From: Gemmatimonadota bacterium
Lineage (GTDB): Bacteria > Gemmatimonadota > Gemmatimonadetes > Gemmatimonadales > GWC2-71-9
NCBI GenBank assembly: GCA_029262155.1
Contig: JAJCZW010000004.1
Location: 1-54,818 of the forward strand
DNA length: 54,818 bases
Direction: 5' to 3'
Within the stretch, counting starts at the first letter, position 1; each line of letters starts with the position of its first letter. Below the pieces are notes generated by a model that saw nothing but the letters and a program-made list of their open reading frames with translations, did not search any database and was not told where the DNA came from. The translations under genes and the position numbers were made by a program. Below are positions 1 to 8,212 of this stretch, in pieces.

Positions 1-1
1 T

Positions 2-467
2 CTCGTCTGCCTCGCCTTCGAAGGTGCCTTCACCGTACTCGGCGGGACGCTCGGGTTCATCGGCGGCGGTGGCGTTGGTTTACTCGAGATCGCGGGTACA
101 GGGGGGCTGGCGACGCCCGCAGCGGTTGCAACGACGGCCACCGGAACGGCAGTGGGCGCTGCTGCGGGAAAGGCGCTGGGACAGCTACTGAGCAACGTTG
201 TCTTCTCAAAGCGAGGGGGCCGACGTGGTGGAAATGACGGGCCCATCAGTATTGATGGGAGTAGTTCTATCCGAGAGGCAGCTCCGGGGAACTGGCCAAC
301 TTCGCGACTTGAGGAGAAATCAGAATTTTCGAGGGGTCGATGTAGATGATCTTCTTGCCCGCACTCCAGATGAGTTAAGACGGCTGAGGTCTACTGGGGA
401 GATAACGAAGAAGGTGTTTCGAACAATCATGAAGGCATTCGGGGGGCGCAACCTCGGAGGACGATAG
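2..467 (+). pseudogene. 3' end of a gene entering from upstream; Gly/Ala-rich hydrophobic segment then a C-terminal tail; reading frame appears to switch (frame 2 to frame 3) around 320-340
   Basis: Frame 2 is open from the window edge to TGA 347-349 (LVCLAFEGAFTVLGGTLGFIGGGGVG...). The frame-3 ORF 198..467 has a protein-like tail (RGVDVDDLLARTPDELRRLRSTGEITKKVFRTIMKAF) and stops 3 nt before the next ATG at 471. T4 (326-329) and G4 (333-336) runs are plausible slip sites. Confidence 0.3.
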
Positions 468-470
468 ACT

Positions 471-929
471 ATGGTCATCACAATCAGGTATTTGCGAAAT
501 GGTCAATCAGACTGGGAGCAGTGCGAGCTGCATCCGGATGACTACTTTGACCTTGAACCAGGAGAGCATCCGAGCCAGGAAAGCGTGGAACGACATAGCC
601 ATGCAGTCGACTACCTGGGCCTCAACCCCGAGGAGGTAGCGGTTACGGAGCTCACGGTAACCACCTCAGATCACTCCACAAGAGTAATCACTGAGCGTCT
701 ATGGAACCAAGGCTTGAACAGTCTGACGGAGATAACCGATACTTTCAGCGATTCCCCTGGCTGGTGGCTGATTTATACGTTCGACAACCCTCTTACCCCG
801 GGAGCCTATGAGGTTCAACGGTTCGGCCGCAACAAGGATGGTATTCTCATCCTTCTTTCGCACATGATTTATGAACCACGAGCAGATGGAGAGGAGCACA
901 AACACCGAATACACGCTGGCCATATGTGA
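471..929 (+). CDS. hypothetical protein (152 aa), tightly coupled to the preceding gene; position typical of an immunity/partner protein
   Basis: ATG 3 nt after the upstream stop. Visibly lower GC than its surroundings. Acidic, soluble-looking sequence with no motif I recognise. Confidence 0.5.
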   Translation: MVITIRYLRNGQSDWEQCELHPDDYFDLEPGEHPSQESVERHSHAVDYLGLNPEEVAVTELTVTTSDHSTRVITERLWNQGLNSLTEITDTFSDSPGWWLIYTFDNPLTPGAYEVQRFGRNKDGILILLSHMIYEPRADGEEHKHRIHAGHM

Positions 930-1069
930 CATCCCGGGGAACCGGGGGGACGCAGCCTTCTTCGAGGCCGACAGCTTCGTCACACCCTCACCCCCTCGGC
1001 CCAGGAGGATCGGAACCCGTATTATGGCCGCGTGATCTACACCCCGGGGCTCATCATCAGGAGCACTTC

Positions 1070-2182
1070 ATGAGTTTGCCAATTACGTTTCTGGCGGCCC
1101 TTTCCCTCGTGGCTGGCCAGGTCGACTGGAAGCTGTCGGATCAACCCATTCAGGTGACGGGTACGCCGAACGGAGCCGACGCCGGCATACTCGGTCGAGT
1201 CGTTGGGGTGACTCGTTTTAAGAATGGCTCCCTCGTCGTCGCCGACCGGCAGTCGCTAAGTCTGCATCGTTTCGACACCTCGGGGCGATCCGTCGGCATG
1301 ATTGGAAGAGCGGGTGCAGGACCGGGAGAATTCCGGACCATTCAGTCCATGAGGCGGTGTGCCGGCGACTCCCTCTTCGTCTATGATCCCTCCCTACTTC
1401 GGATTTCAGTGTTCTCCCCTGAGGGAAACTTCTCCCGCACCATTCCCCTCGCTGACGCGGCCGGTGGCGGGCCACCACCATATGAATTCTACTGCAACGA
1501 GAACGGCGTATTGGCACTTCTCCACCGGTCGCTCGCACCACCCGCGGGGGTAGGCCCCAGGCGGCCGAACGTCGCGGTGACGATCATCCAGCCGAACGAT
1601 CGCCTCGTGAGTGTGGGGACATTTCCGGCCTCCGAGAGATATTTTAATGGATCCGAAGATTTTGCCCGCCCCTTGGGAAAACAAACCTCGCTTGCCGTTG
1701 GCTCCACCACTCTCTATATCGGAACCGGTGACCACGTTGACGCTCGGGACTCTGTCCGAATCGTCGGCTACTCCTTTCAGGGAAATGAGAGGATCGTGAT
1801 CCGTGATCGCTTCGCGACTGTGCCACTCAGCGCGAGGCGACTATCGGCCTATATCGAGCAACAGGCATCTCGTCGGGCTGGCCGAGAAGAGGAGACGAGG
1901 GGCTTCTATCGTTCGCTTGAGTACCCGCCGACATTCCCAGCATACCGGAACGTTCTCGTTGACCCGACGGAGCACATCTGGGTCGAAGAATCACCCGTAC
2001 CAGGTGATGCCATCAGCCGCTGGAGAGTGTATTCGCCAAAGGGCCTGCTCCATGCCGCGGTGCGGATGCCAAGGAGTTTCCAGCTGATGGAGATCGGGAG
2101 CGACTATGCCGTTGGGGTCTGGCGGGATGAGATGGACATAGAAACAGTTCGGGTATACCGGTTGATCAAGACCGATTCTTGA
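1070..2182 (+). CDS. secreted 6-bladed beta-propeller family protein (paralog 1 of 3 in the window)
   Basis: ORF 926..2182 trimmed to ATG 1070, where a signal peptide starts (MSLPITFLAALSLVAGQ). Carries the blade motif GAGPGEF, shared with the ORFs at 47120..48235 (GSGPGEF) and 48619..49791 (GHGGNEF). Confidence 0.75.
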   Translation: MSLPITFLAALSLVAGQVDWKLSDQPIQVTGTPNGADAGILGRVVGVTRFKNGSLVVADRQSLSLHRFDTSGRSVGMIGRAGAGPGEFRTIQSMRRCAGDSLFVYDPSLLRISVFSPEGNFSRTIPLADAAGGGPPPYEFYCNENGVLALLHRSLAPPAGVGPRRPNVAVTIIQPNDRLVSVGTFPASERYFNGSEDFARPLGKQTSLAVGSTTLYIGTGDHVDARDSVRIVGYSFQGNERIVIRDRFATVPLSARRLSAYIEQQASRRAGREEETRGFYRSLEYPPTFPAYRNVLVDPTEHIWVEESPVPGDAISRWRVYSPKGLLHAAVRMPRSFQLMEIGSDYAVGVWRDEMDIETVRVYRLIKTDS

Positions 2183-2278
2183 GGTCGCGTTCCGACACCG
2201 CATCGGTGCCGGCCTCGGCGTCCACCCAGGTTACCCCATTGCCCGGCCGGCGTCTTGCTTAAGGAATCGAATTGCTTC

Positions 2279-2571
2279 CTGCCCTTCAGGGCAGTTCACG
2301 CGATAGCGTGCCGAGCCCGGCTTTCAAGCCGGGAACACCGATGCCAGGCCGTCCTGTTTTTCGCGGGCTGAAGCCCGCGCTCGGCGTCTTCGGCGACGCG
2401 TCTTGAAAGACGCCTCTCCACAATGATGTGTCTGCCCTTCAGGGCAGTCCACGCGATAGCGTGCCGAGCCCGGCTTTCAAGCCGGGAACAATCCGGAGCG
2501 ATGTCCTATCTCTGGTATTCGCGGGCTCAAGCCCGCGCTCGGCGCCTCTGGCGACGCGCCTTGAAAGGCGC
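2279..2571 (+). repeat. two tandem composite REP units (2279-2413 and 2432-2571)
   Basis: Each unit is a chain of tetraloop hairpins: CTGCCC-TTCA-GGGCAG, CACGC-GATA-GCGTG, CCCGGCT-TTCA-AGCCGGG, GCGGGC-TGAA-GCCCGC, GCGTCT-TGAA-AGACGC. Confidence 0.85.
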
Positions 2572-2653
2572 TCTTTCAATCGAAGGCCGTCTCTGCGCTG
2601 TTTCAGCCAGGAGCGGACCGAATCGATCCGGATGATGACGGAAATACCGGTAA

Positions 2654-3043
2654 ATGTCGTGCATGCCCGCGGCACTATTCCTCATGCTTACCTGGACGAC
2701 CTATGAACGCCTTCCGATGATCAGGTCTGCGGAAAGAGCGCTCTTGAGCCGATTCATTCCGACGGTCTGTGATCGATACCAGATGAGCGTCATCGCCTTG
2801 GGATATGTTGCAGATCATCTCCACTTGGTTCTGCGCGCGCCACCGGTCATGGACATTCCGAGGCTCGTTCAGCATTTGAAAGGGGCGAGCGCGCGGATCA
2901 TCAATCGGACTCTCGACGGACCCGGTCTTCGGTGGGCACCTGGCTACACCGTGCAGTCGATTAGTCCGGACAGGCTCAAAAACTCGATCGCATATGTGCG
3001 AAACCAGCATCTGCGACATCCGGATCGTGCGATTCCCCTGTAA
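2654..3043 (+). CDS. REP-associated tyrosine transposase (RAYT; IS200/IS605-type Y1 HUH transposase)
   Basis: HUH motif in VADHLHLVLRAP. Catalytic Tyr region SIAYVRNQHLRH. N-terminal strand ALFLMLTWTTYERLPMI is typical of the family. About 129 aa, flanked by REPs. Confidence 0.85.
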   Translation: MSCMPAALFLMLTWTTYERLPMIRSAERALLSRFIPTVCDRYQMSVIALGYVADHLHLVLRAPPVMDIPRLVQHLKGASARIINRTLDGPGLRWAPGYTVQSISPDRLKNSIAYVRNQHLRHPDRAIPL

Positions 3044-3065
3044 GCCAAGAATCCGAACGGAAGAC

Positions 3066-3324
3066 CTGCCCTTCAGGGCAACTCGCGCGAGAGCGCGCCG
3101 AGCCCGGCTTTCAAGCCGGGAACACCCGGAGCAACGTCCTACTGCTCTCCATTCTCGCGGGCTGAAGCCCGCGCTCGGCGCCTTCGGCGACGCGTCTTGA
3201 AAGACGCTTCAAGTCAATAAGAGATGATGTACCTGCCCTTCAGGGCAGTCCGCGCGATAGCGCGCCGAGCCCGGCTTTCAAGCCGGGAACACCGGTCGCT
3301 TGCCGAGCCCGGCCTTTAAGCCGG
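3066..3324 (+). repeat. one full (3066-3207) and one partial (3233-3324) composite REP unit, same orientation as the left pair
   Basis: Same hairpin series as 2279-2571. The last unit ends with a degenerate CCGGCC-TTTA-AGCCGG hairpin. Confidence 0.85.
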
Positions 3325-3361
3325 AATAAATATTGAAGTGAGCAGAGTTCAGGAGGTCAAC

Positions 3362-4306
3362 TCACGCCGATCGGATTCCCCGCGCCAGCTCCTCCGCCGC
3401 CTGGAACTCCTCCGGGTGGGCCCTCAGGGCATACTCGATCCCCCTTTCCTGCACCAGCGCCTCCGCCATCCGGTACCCCAGGTAGTAGCCACATCGTTCG
3501 GGTACCACGCGACCAAGGACCGTGCGGGTGGAACGACTGGTGCCTCCGGAGAGGTAGCGCAACCGTAGGCCGAGTCCCGCGGTATCGAGGTCCGGTTCCA
3601 CCGCTTGGCGGAGGAACGACTCCATCTCACGCATCCGATGGTACTGCCTGCGAGGATACCCGAAATAGTTGGCCCTGGGGAATCCAGGTGCTACCGCTTC
3701 GGACGCATGGACCGCGAGCCCCTCGTTCAGTAACAATTCGCGGAGGGTGGCCCGGCTTCCGGTCATCCAGTAGTCGTAGCTGTCCCCGTTCTCCCGCACC
3801 AACCGTCGAAGGTCGCTCCGGCTGGTCGACGAGGTGTACCGTATCGTATGGGCGACTTCATGACCGACCCAGAGGGGGAGCAGGTCGGGGGAGAGGCCCA
3901 TCCCGTAGGTCTCGGGGTTCACCCGTCCGGTAAAATGTTCCAAGCAGACGAAGATGACGCTTCGGCCACCGATCACGAGTTCACCGGCGTTGGCGCCACC
4001 CATACCGACCATCAGGTAGCAATCGAGGGGTCGGTCGCCACGGAGGACATCCTGCGACTGTCGTAGTGCATCCTCCACCAGTGCGACCACATCCACCGTG
4101 GTGAGCAGCGTGCGGAGGTCGGCCCGGTCGGCACGGACGGCGTTGGCGACGACCTCTCGCGCCGGGGGGCTTTCGGGGTCGAGAAGATAGTTATGCCAGT
4201 AGGCATTGAGGATGGCACGGTGGGCCGCGTAATATCGATCATACGCGGCGATCGGATCTGGGTCGGCGAGGATCGCCAAGAATTCGGGAACCAGATTGAC
4301 GAGCAC
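3362..4306 (-). CDS. putative Zn-dependent protease, DUF2268-like
   Basis: 314-aa ORF with an HExxH motif (WVGHEVAHTIRY). The overall layout resembles predicted DUF2268 metalloproteases. Confidence 0.6.
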   Translation of the reverse strand: MLVNLVPEFLAILADPDPIAAYDRYYAAHRAILNAYWHNYLLDPESPPAREVVANAVRADRADLRTLLTTVDVVALVEDALRQSQDVLRGDRPLDCYLMVGMGGANAGELVIGGRSVIFVCLEHFTGRVNPETYGMGLSPDLLPLWVGHEVAHTIRYTSSTSRSDLRRLVRENGDSYDYWMTGSRATLRELLLNEGLAVHASEAVAPGFPRANYFGYPRRQYHRMREMESFLRQAVEPDLDTAGLGLRLRYLSGGTSRSTRTVLGRVVPERCGYYLGYRMAEALVQERGIEYALRAHPEEFQAAEELARGIRSA

Positions 4307-4378
4307 GGGGCAGAATAACGGGCGCGTCGGTAGCGTCGCAAGTCGTCTACGGGAAACGGCAGGAACTGGGGACGGGGG

Positions 4379-5266
4379 TCAGGCGGGATCGGTGCCGGAG
4401 TCGAGGCGCTTCTTCTTCGAGATATCTTCCAGGAACTGCTGCTCTTCATCCGTTAGGCTCTGCCAGCCTTCGGCACCAATCTTGTCGAGGACACGGTTCA
4501 CTTCCTCTTCGGGTGTCACCGTTGCCGTAGGCGATGCTTCTAGTTGTTCTTGCGGAAGGTGCCCACCGTGTCCTGTCACCGCGGCCGGTCGATCAGTGCT
4601 AGGTTCGACACGCAGGCGAATCGGCGTCAGGATCACCGATGGCGTCGTCGATCTCGTCTCGGTGGAAGAACCAGGCACGATTCCTCGGAGACGAAGGAAC
4701 ATCATGCCAGCAAGCACGCCACCGACGTCGGCCAGGTGGAAGATGCCGGTGGACGCCCCAACGATGGCCCCGACCACGCTGATCCCTATCATCATCCATA
4801 CCAGCGTCTTGACCCGTATGGTCAAGGGCAGCGCGAGGACAGGCACGGTGCGATCCGCATGCACCGAAGCGTAGCCGACGGCGAAACCGAGAACCACGCC
4901 CCACGGACCGACGACGGGAGCAACTGTGCCGAATCGAGCAAGAATCAGTGCGAGCAGTGCGACGCCAAATCCGGTCGCGAGGATGTAACCGATGAAGACA
5001 CCCGACCCGAGTTTTCGCTCGACGGGCGGACCAAAGAGCGCCAACGCCAACCCACTAAACGCTAACTGTGGTAGACCGCCGGAGAGAAAGAGGAAGGTAA
5101 ACAGGCTCCACGGGCGAGCGGCGACCTGCGATGGTGCGAGCTGAAGCGATTCAAAAAAGATTGGGGCGGTGAACACCGTCGCCAACACGAGAAAAACCAA
5201 CGCATTCGCAAGAATGAGCCGGGTGACCACCGGGGTGACGGTGCTGGGGGTCGGTTGTGGTTCCAT
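4379..5266 (-). CDS. rhomboid-fold membrane protein with an acidic C-terminal tail; catalytic residues appear degenerate
   Basis: ARPW loop motif. TM2-like FLFLSGGLPQLAFSGLALALFG. TM6-like FHLADVGGVLAG. The TM4 position reads VVGPWGVVLG instead of GxSG. C-terminal EEEVNRVLDKIGAEGWQSLTDEEQQFLEDISKKK. Confidence 0.6.
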   Translation of the reverse strand: MEPQPTPSTVTPVVTRLILANALVFLVLATVFTAPIFFESLQLAPSQVAARPWSLFTFLFLSGGLPQLAFSGLALALFGPPVERKLGSGVFIGYILATGFGVALLALILARFGTVAPVVGPWGVVLGFAVGYASVHADRTVPVLALPLTIRVKTLVWMMIGISVVGAIVGASTGIFHLADVGGVLAGMMFLRLRGIVPGSSTETRSTTPSVILTPIRLRVEPSTDRPAAVTGHGGHLPQEQLEASPTATVTPEEEVNRVLDKIGAEGWQSLTDEEQQFLEDISKKKRLDSGTDPA

Positions 5267-5384
5267 CGTGTCCCACTTCTTCTATCCGAGTGCCCGGAAC
5301 CGACGGTTCTCGGCTCACCCGGGGTGCGTATTCTCCTGACGTCCCAGACCAGCAATTGGTTCCAAGCAAGGACTGGGCCGGTAC

Positions 5385-6398
5385 CTACCGTTCGCGACCA
5401 ACCGGAACCAGGCAGATCCGCTCGCACAACTCCGCGAAAGGGATCCCGACCGCCGCCGCCGACTGCGGGAGGAGGCTGGTCGCCGTAAGTCCCGGCAGGG
5501 TGTTCACTTCCAAACAGAGCAATTCACCCTTCGGTGTCAAGCGGAAATCGACTCTGGAGTACCCGCCGAGCTTGAGGGCCCGGTGGACAAGGACCCCGAG
5601 TCGCTGGCAATTAGCGGCAACGTCGGGGGGGAGGTCGGCGGGAAAGATCTCCTGGCTCATGCCGGGGGTGTACTTGCACTCATAGTCGAAGATGTCGTGG
5701 TTCGGGATGATCTCGCCGACCGCAAGTGCCTTATCCTCAAGGATTCCGACCGTCAGTTCCCGTCCAGGAACAAAGGTCTCCACCACTGTTTCGTCGTCAT
5801 ATTGGGCTGCAAGGGCGAAGGCTGCCGCTAGGTCCAGAGGGCCAGATACAACACTCAAGCCCACCGTACTTCCCTGTTTTGACGGTTTGATCACCACCGG
5901 CCACCCGAGACGATCATCTATTTGTTGGGCTGTCATCGGCGGTGGCGCCATGAGCCACGGAGCGGTCGCCACTCCAGCGAGTTGAAAGAGACGCTTGGAG
6001 ATGTCCTTGTCCATGGCGACAGCGCTCCCCAAGGCCCCGCTCCCGGTGTAGGGAACGCCGAGCACGTCGAGAACCGCCTGCACGGTACCGTCTTCACCCT
6101 GGCCGCCGTGCAAGGCGAGGAAGGCAACGTCGGCATTTTGGATCGCGGGCATCGAGCCTAAGCCCGAAAGGAGAATCTGTCGCTCGCGCGCGACAAGCCC
6201 TGCATGCTCTCTGGGAGCGCGTTCAACCGTTCCCGAAAGCTGGGCTTCCTCCTGGTCTCGCGGAACGACGCCATACACGGTGTCGACAACCGTCACCTCA
6301 TGCCCCCGACTCCGTAGCGCGGTGACGGCCTGGGCGCCTGAGGCAAGCGCGACGTCGCGTTCGGTCGAGGATCCCCCCGTCAATACCGCAACACGCAT
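5385..6398 (-). CDS. ddl: D-alanine--D-alanine ligase
   Basis: MRVAVLTGGSSTERDVALASG N-terminus, FLALHGGQGEDGTVQ, and an ATP-grasp C-terminal region ending NTLPGLT. Confidence 0.9.
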   Translation of the reverse strand: MRVAVLTGGSSTERDVALASGAQAVTALRSRGHEVTVVDTVYGVVPRDQEEAQLSGTVERAPREHAGLVARERQILLSGLGSMPAIQNADVAFLALHGGQGEDGTVQAVLDVLGVPYTGSGALGSAVAMDKDISKRLFQLAGVATAPWLMAPPPMTAQQIDDRLGWPVVIKPSKQGSTVGLSVVSGPLDLAAAFALAAQYDDETVVETFVPGRELTVGILEDKALAVGEIIPNHDIFDYECKYTPGMSQEIFPADLPPDVAANCQRLGVLVHRALKLGGYSRVDFRLTPKGELLCLEVNTLPGLTATSLLPQSAAAVGIPFAELCERICLVPVGRER

Positions 6399-6401
6399 CG
6401 A

Positions 6402-7793
6402 CTACCGGCCGATCATCTGTTGCAGGAGATCGTACCGGCTGAGGATGCCGACGAGGGCACCGTCGTGCTCGACCAAGGCGGCGGGACTCTCCCGACTCAG
6501 CATCGACGCGAGCCGGTCTGCCGGTACCGCACCGTCGACAACGGGGAAGGGTGCCTCCATCACCTCCCGCACCGGACGGTCAAGGCTCTGCGGTTGGGAG
6601 AGCGCGAGGGTCATAAGGGAGGACTCGATCAACCCACCCACACACTGGTCATCATCGATAACGGGAATTTGGCTAACGCCCCACGTGCTCATCAGGTTCA
6701 GAGCCTGACGCACAGCTGAGACGGAAGTCACACTCACCAGCTCCGGCGACTCCTTCTGTTTCTGCTGAAGGAGGTCGAGCACGGTGCGGCGGGGGATCTC
6801 GAGCATCTGGTTTTCGGCCATCCACTCATCGTTGAAGAGCTTGGAGAGATAGCGTTCACCGGTGTCACAGAGGATGGTGACGATACACGCCGAAGGATCG
6901 TCGACTTCGGCGGCCACCTGAAGCGAGAGCGCAACGTTGAGACCCGCCGACCCACCGACCAGGATCCCTTCCTCCCGGGCGAGCCGTCGAGCCATCGCAA
7001 AGGCTTCCCGATCAGAGAGCTGCCGGAATTCGTCGATAATGTCCCACCACACGGTGGTAGGAGCCTTGTCCCCCCCAATCCCTTCAACCTTATAGGGCGC
7101 ACCGGACGCACCATCGATCGTACGGGAGCGGAAGTACTCAGAATAGAGCGACCCGACCGGATCGCCGGCAATGATCTTGATGGCGGGATTCTGCTCTTTG
7201 AGGAACTTCCCCGTACCACTCACCGTTCCGCCGGTTCCCGCTCCCGCGACCAAGTGGGTGACCTTGCCGTCGGTCTGTTTCCAAATCTCGGGTCCGGTCG
7301 TCCGATAGTGTGCTTCGGGGTTCACGGCGTTGTAGAACTGGTTGGCCAGGACGGCCCCCGGTGTATCCTGGACAATCTGTTTGGCCTTCATCACATAATT
7401 ATTGGGATGATCGGGCGGCACCGCGGTGGGGGTGATGACGACCTCCGCTCCGTACGCCTTCAGGAGTCGCACCTTCTCCTGACTCATCTTGTCGGGCATC
7501 GTGAAGATGCACCGATACCCTTTCAGGGCCGCTGCCATGGCGAGACCCACACCGGTATTCCCCGACGTCCCTTCCACGATCGTCCCGCCGGGTTTCAAGA
7601 GCCCTTGTTCCTCCGCGTCCTCAATGATGGCCAAGCCAATACGGTCCTTGACCGACGCGCCAGGGTTGGTGTATTCCGCCTTACCGTATATCGGTGTGCG
7701 AACACCGGCGGCCACCCGGTGGAGACGAATCAGCGGAGTCCATCCAACCGTTTCGAGGACCGAATCATATGGGGTCTGATGTGGGGCCGTCAT
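6402..7793 (-). CDS. cystathionine beta-synthase-type PLP enzyme (cysteine synthase fold plus C-terminal CBS pair)
   Basis: PLP-lysine motif GASVKDRIG and Gly loop GAGTGGTVSG. About 130-aa C-terminal tandem CBS domains. Confidence 0.85.
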   Translation of the reverse strand: MTAPHQTPYDSVLETVGWTPLIRLHRVAAGVRTPIYGKAEYTNPGASVKDRIGLAIIEDAEEQGLLKPGGTIVEGTSGNTGVGLAMAAALKGYRCIFTMPDKMSQEKVRLLKAYGAEVVITPTAVPPDHPNNYVMKAKQIVQDTPGAVLANQFYNAVNPEAHYRTTGPEIWKQTDGKVTHLVAGAGTGGTVSGTGKFLKEQNPAIKIIAGDPVGSLYSEYFRSRTIDGASGAPYKVEGIGGDKAPTTVWWDIIDEFRQLSDREAFAMARRLAREEGILVGGSAGLNVALSLQVAAEVDDPSACIVTILCDTGERYLSKLFNDEWMAENQMLEIPRRTVLDLLQQKQKESPELVSVTSVSAVRQALNLMSTWGVSQIPVIDDDQCVGGLIESSLMTLALSQPQSLDRPVREVMEAPFPVVDGAVPADRLASMLSRESPAALVEHDGALVGILSRYDLLQQMIGR

Positions 7794-8212
7794 GGTAAGG
7801 GGCCTCCAAGTGGGGCCGGTGTAAAGGTGATTGGTTGCTGGAACGTCGTTGCCACCGCAACGCCTCCGCGGAGGGCTGGAGAGTAACGCAACCCGGGAGC
7901 GGCGGCGATGGCGGCCGAATCGAGGGCCGGAAACCCACTGGATTCTTGGATCGCCACGCTATCAGGGTCGACCAGGCCATCGGCGGTAATGAAGAGTCGG
8001 AGGATCACGGTTCCTCCTATGCGCTGGTCGTACAGTGCGGCTGGGTACTCGACGGGAGAGTTCCCGTTGATGGGGGTCGGAGGTTCGTCGCCGCGGGAGA
8101 TGGCCGCCGAAGCATCGGGTAACGCGATGGTGGAGTCGTCGTTTCCGCTGCAGGCGCCTTGAACGAGGAGGACGCTGCCCAACACGACTCCATACCATCG
8201 GGTCGCTCTCAA
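7790..8212 (-). CDS. TonB C-terminal domain protein
   Basis: Signal/anchor at the N-terminus. PVEYPAALYDQRIGGTVILRLFITADG...ALRGG is typical of the TonB_C fold. 4-nt overlaps with both neighbours. Confidence 0.7.
   Translation of the reverse strand: MRATRWYGVVLGSVLLVQGACSGNDDSTIALPDASAAISRGDEPPTPINGNSPVEYPAALYDQRIGGTVILRLFITADGLVDPDSVAIQESSGFPALDSAAIAAAPGLRYSPALRGGVAVATTFQQPITFTPAPLGGPLP

Larger units (their letters stand above)
2279..3324 (+). mobile_element. REP/RAYT unit: Y1 HUH transposase gene flanked on each side by two composite REP units
   Basis: Four copies of the same 90-142 nt hairpin-chain repeat (2279-2413, 2432-2571, 3066-3207, 3233-3324) surround the IS200-like ORF 2654..3043. 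Confidence 0.8.

Noticed and set aside
926-1069. N-terminal 48-codon extension of the first propeller ORF
   Set aside because: The extension is Pro/Gly/Ser/His-rich and overlaps the upstream gene's stop. A canonical signal peptide begins at ATG 1070.
2279-3324. Possibility that the repeated units form a CRISPR array
   Set aside because: The units are 135-142 nt composites of several different hairpins rather than 28-37-nt identical repeats. There are no unique spacers of constant length, and they flank a Y1 transposase, so REP/RAYT is the better explanation.
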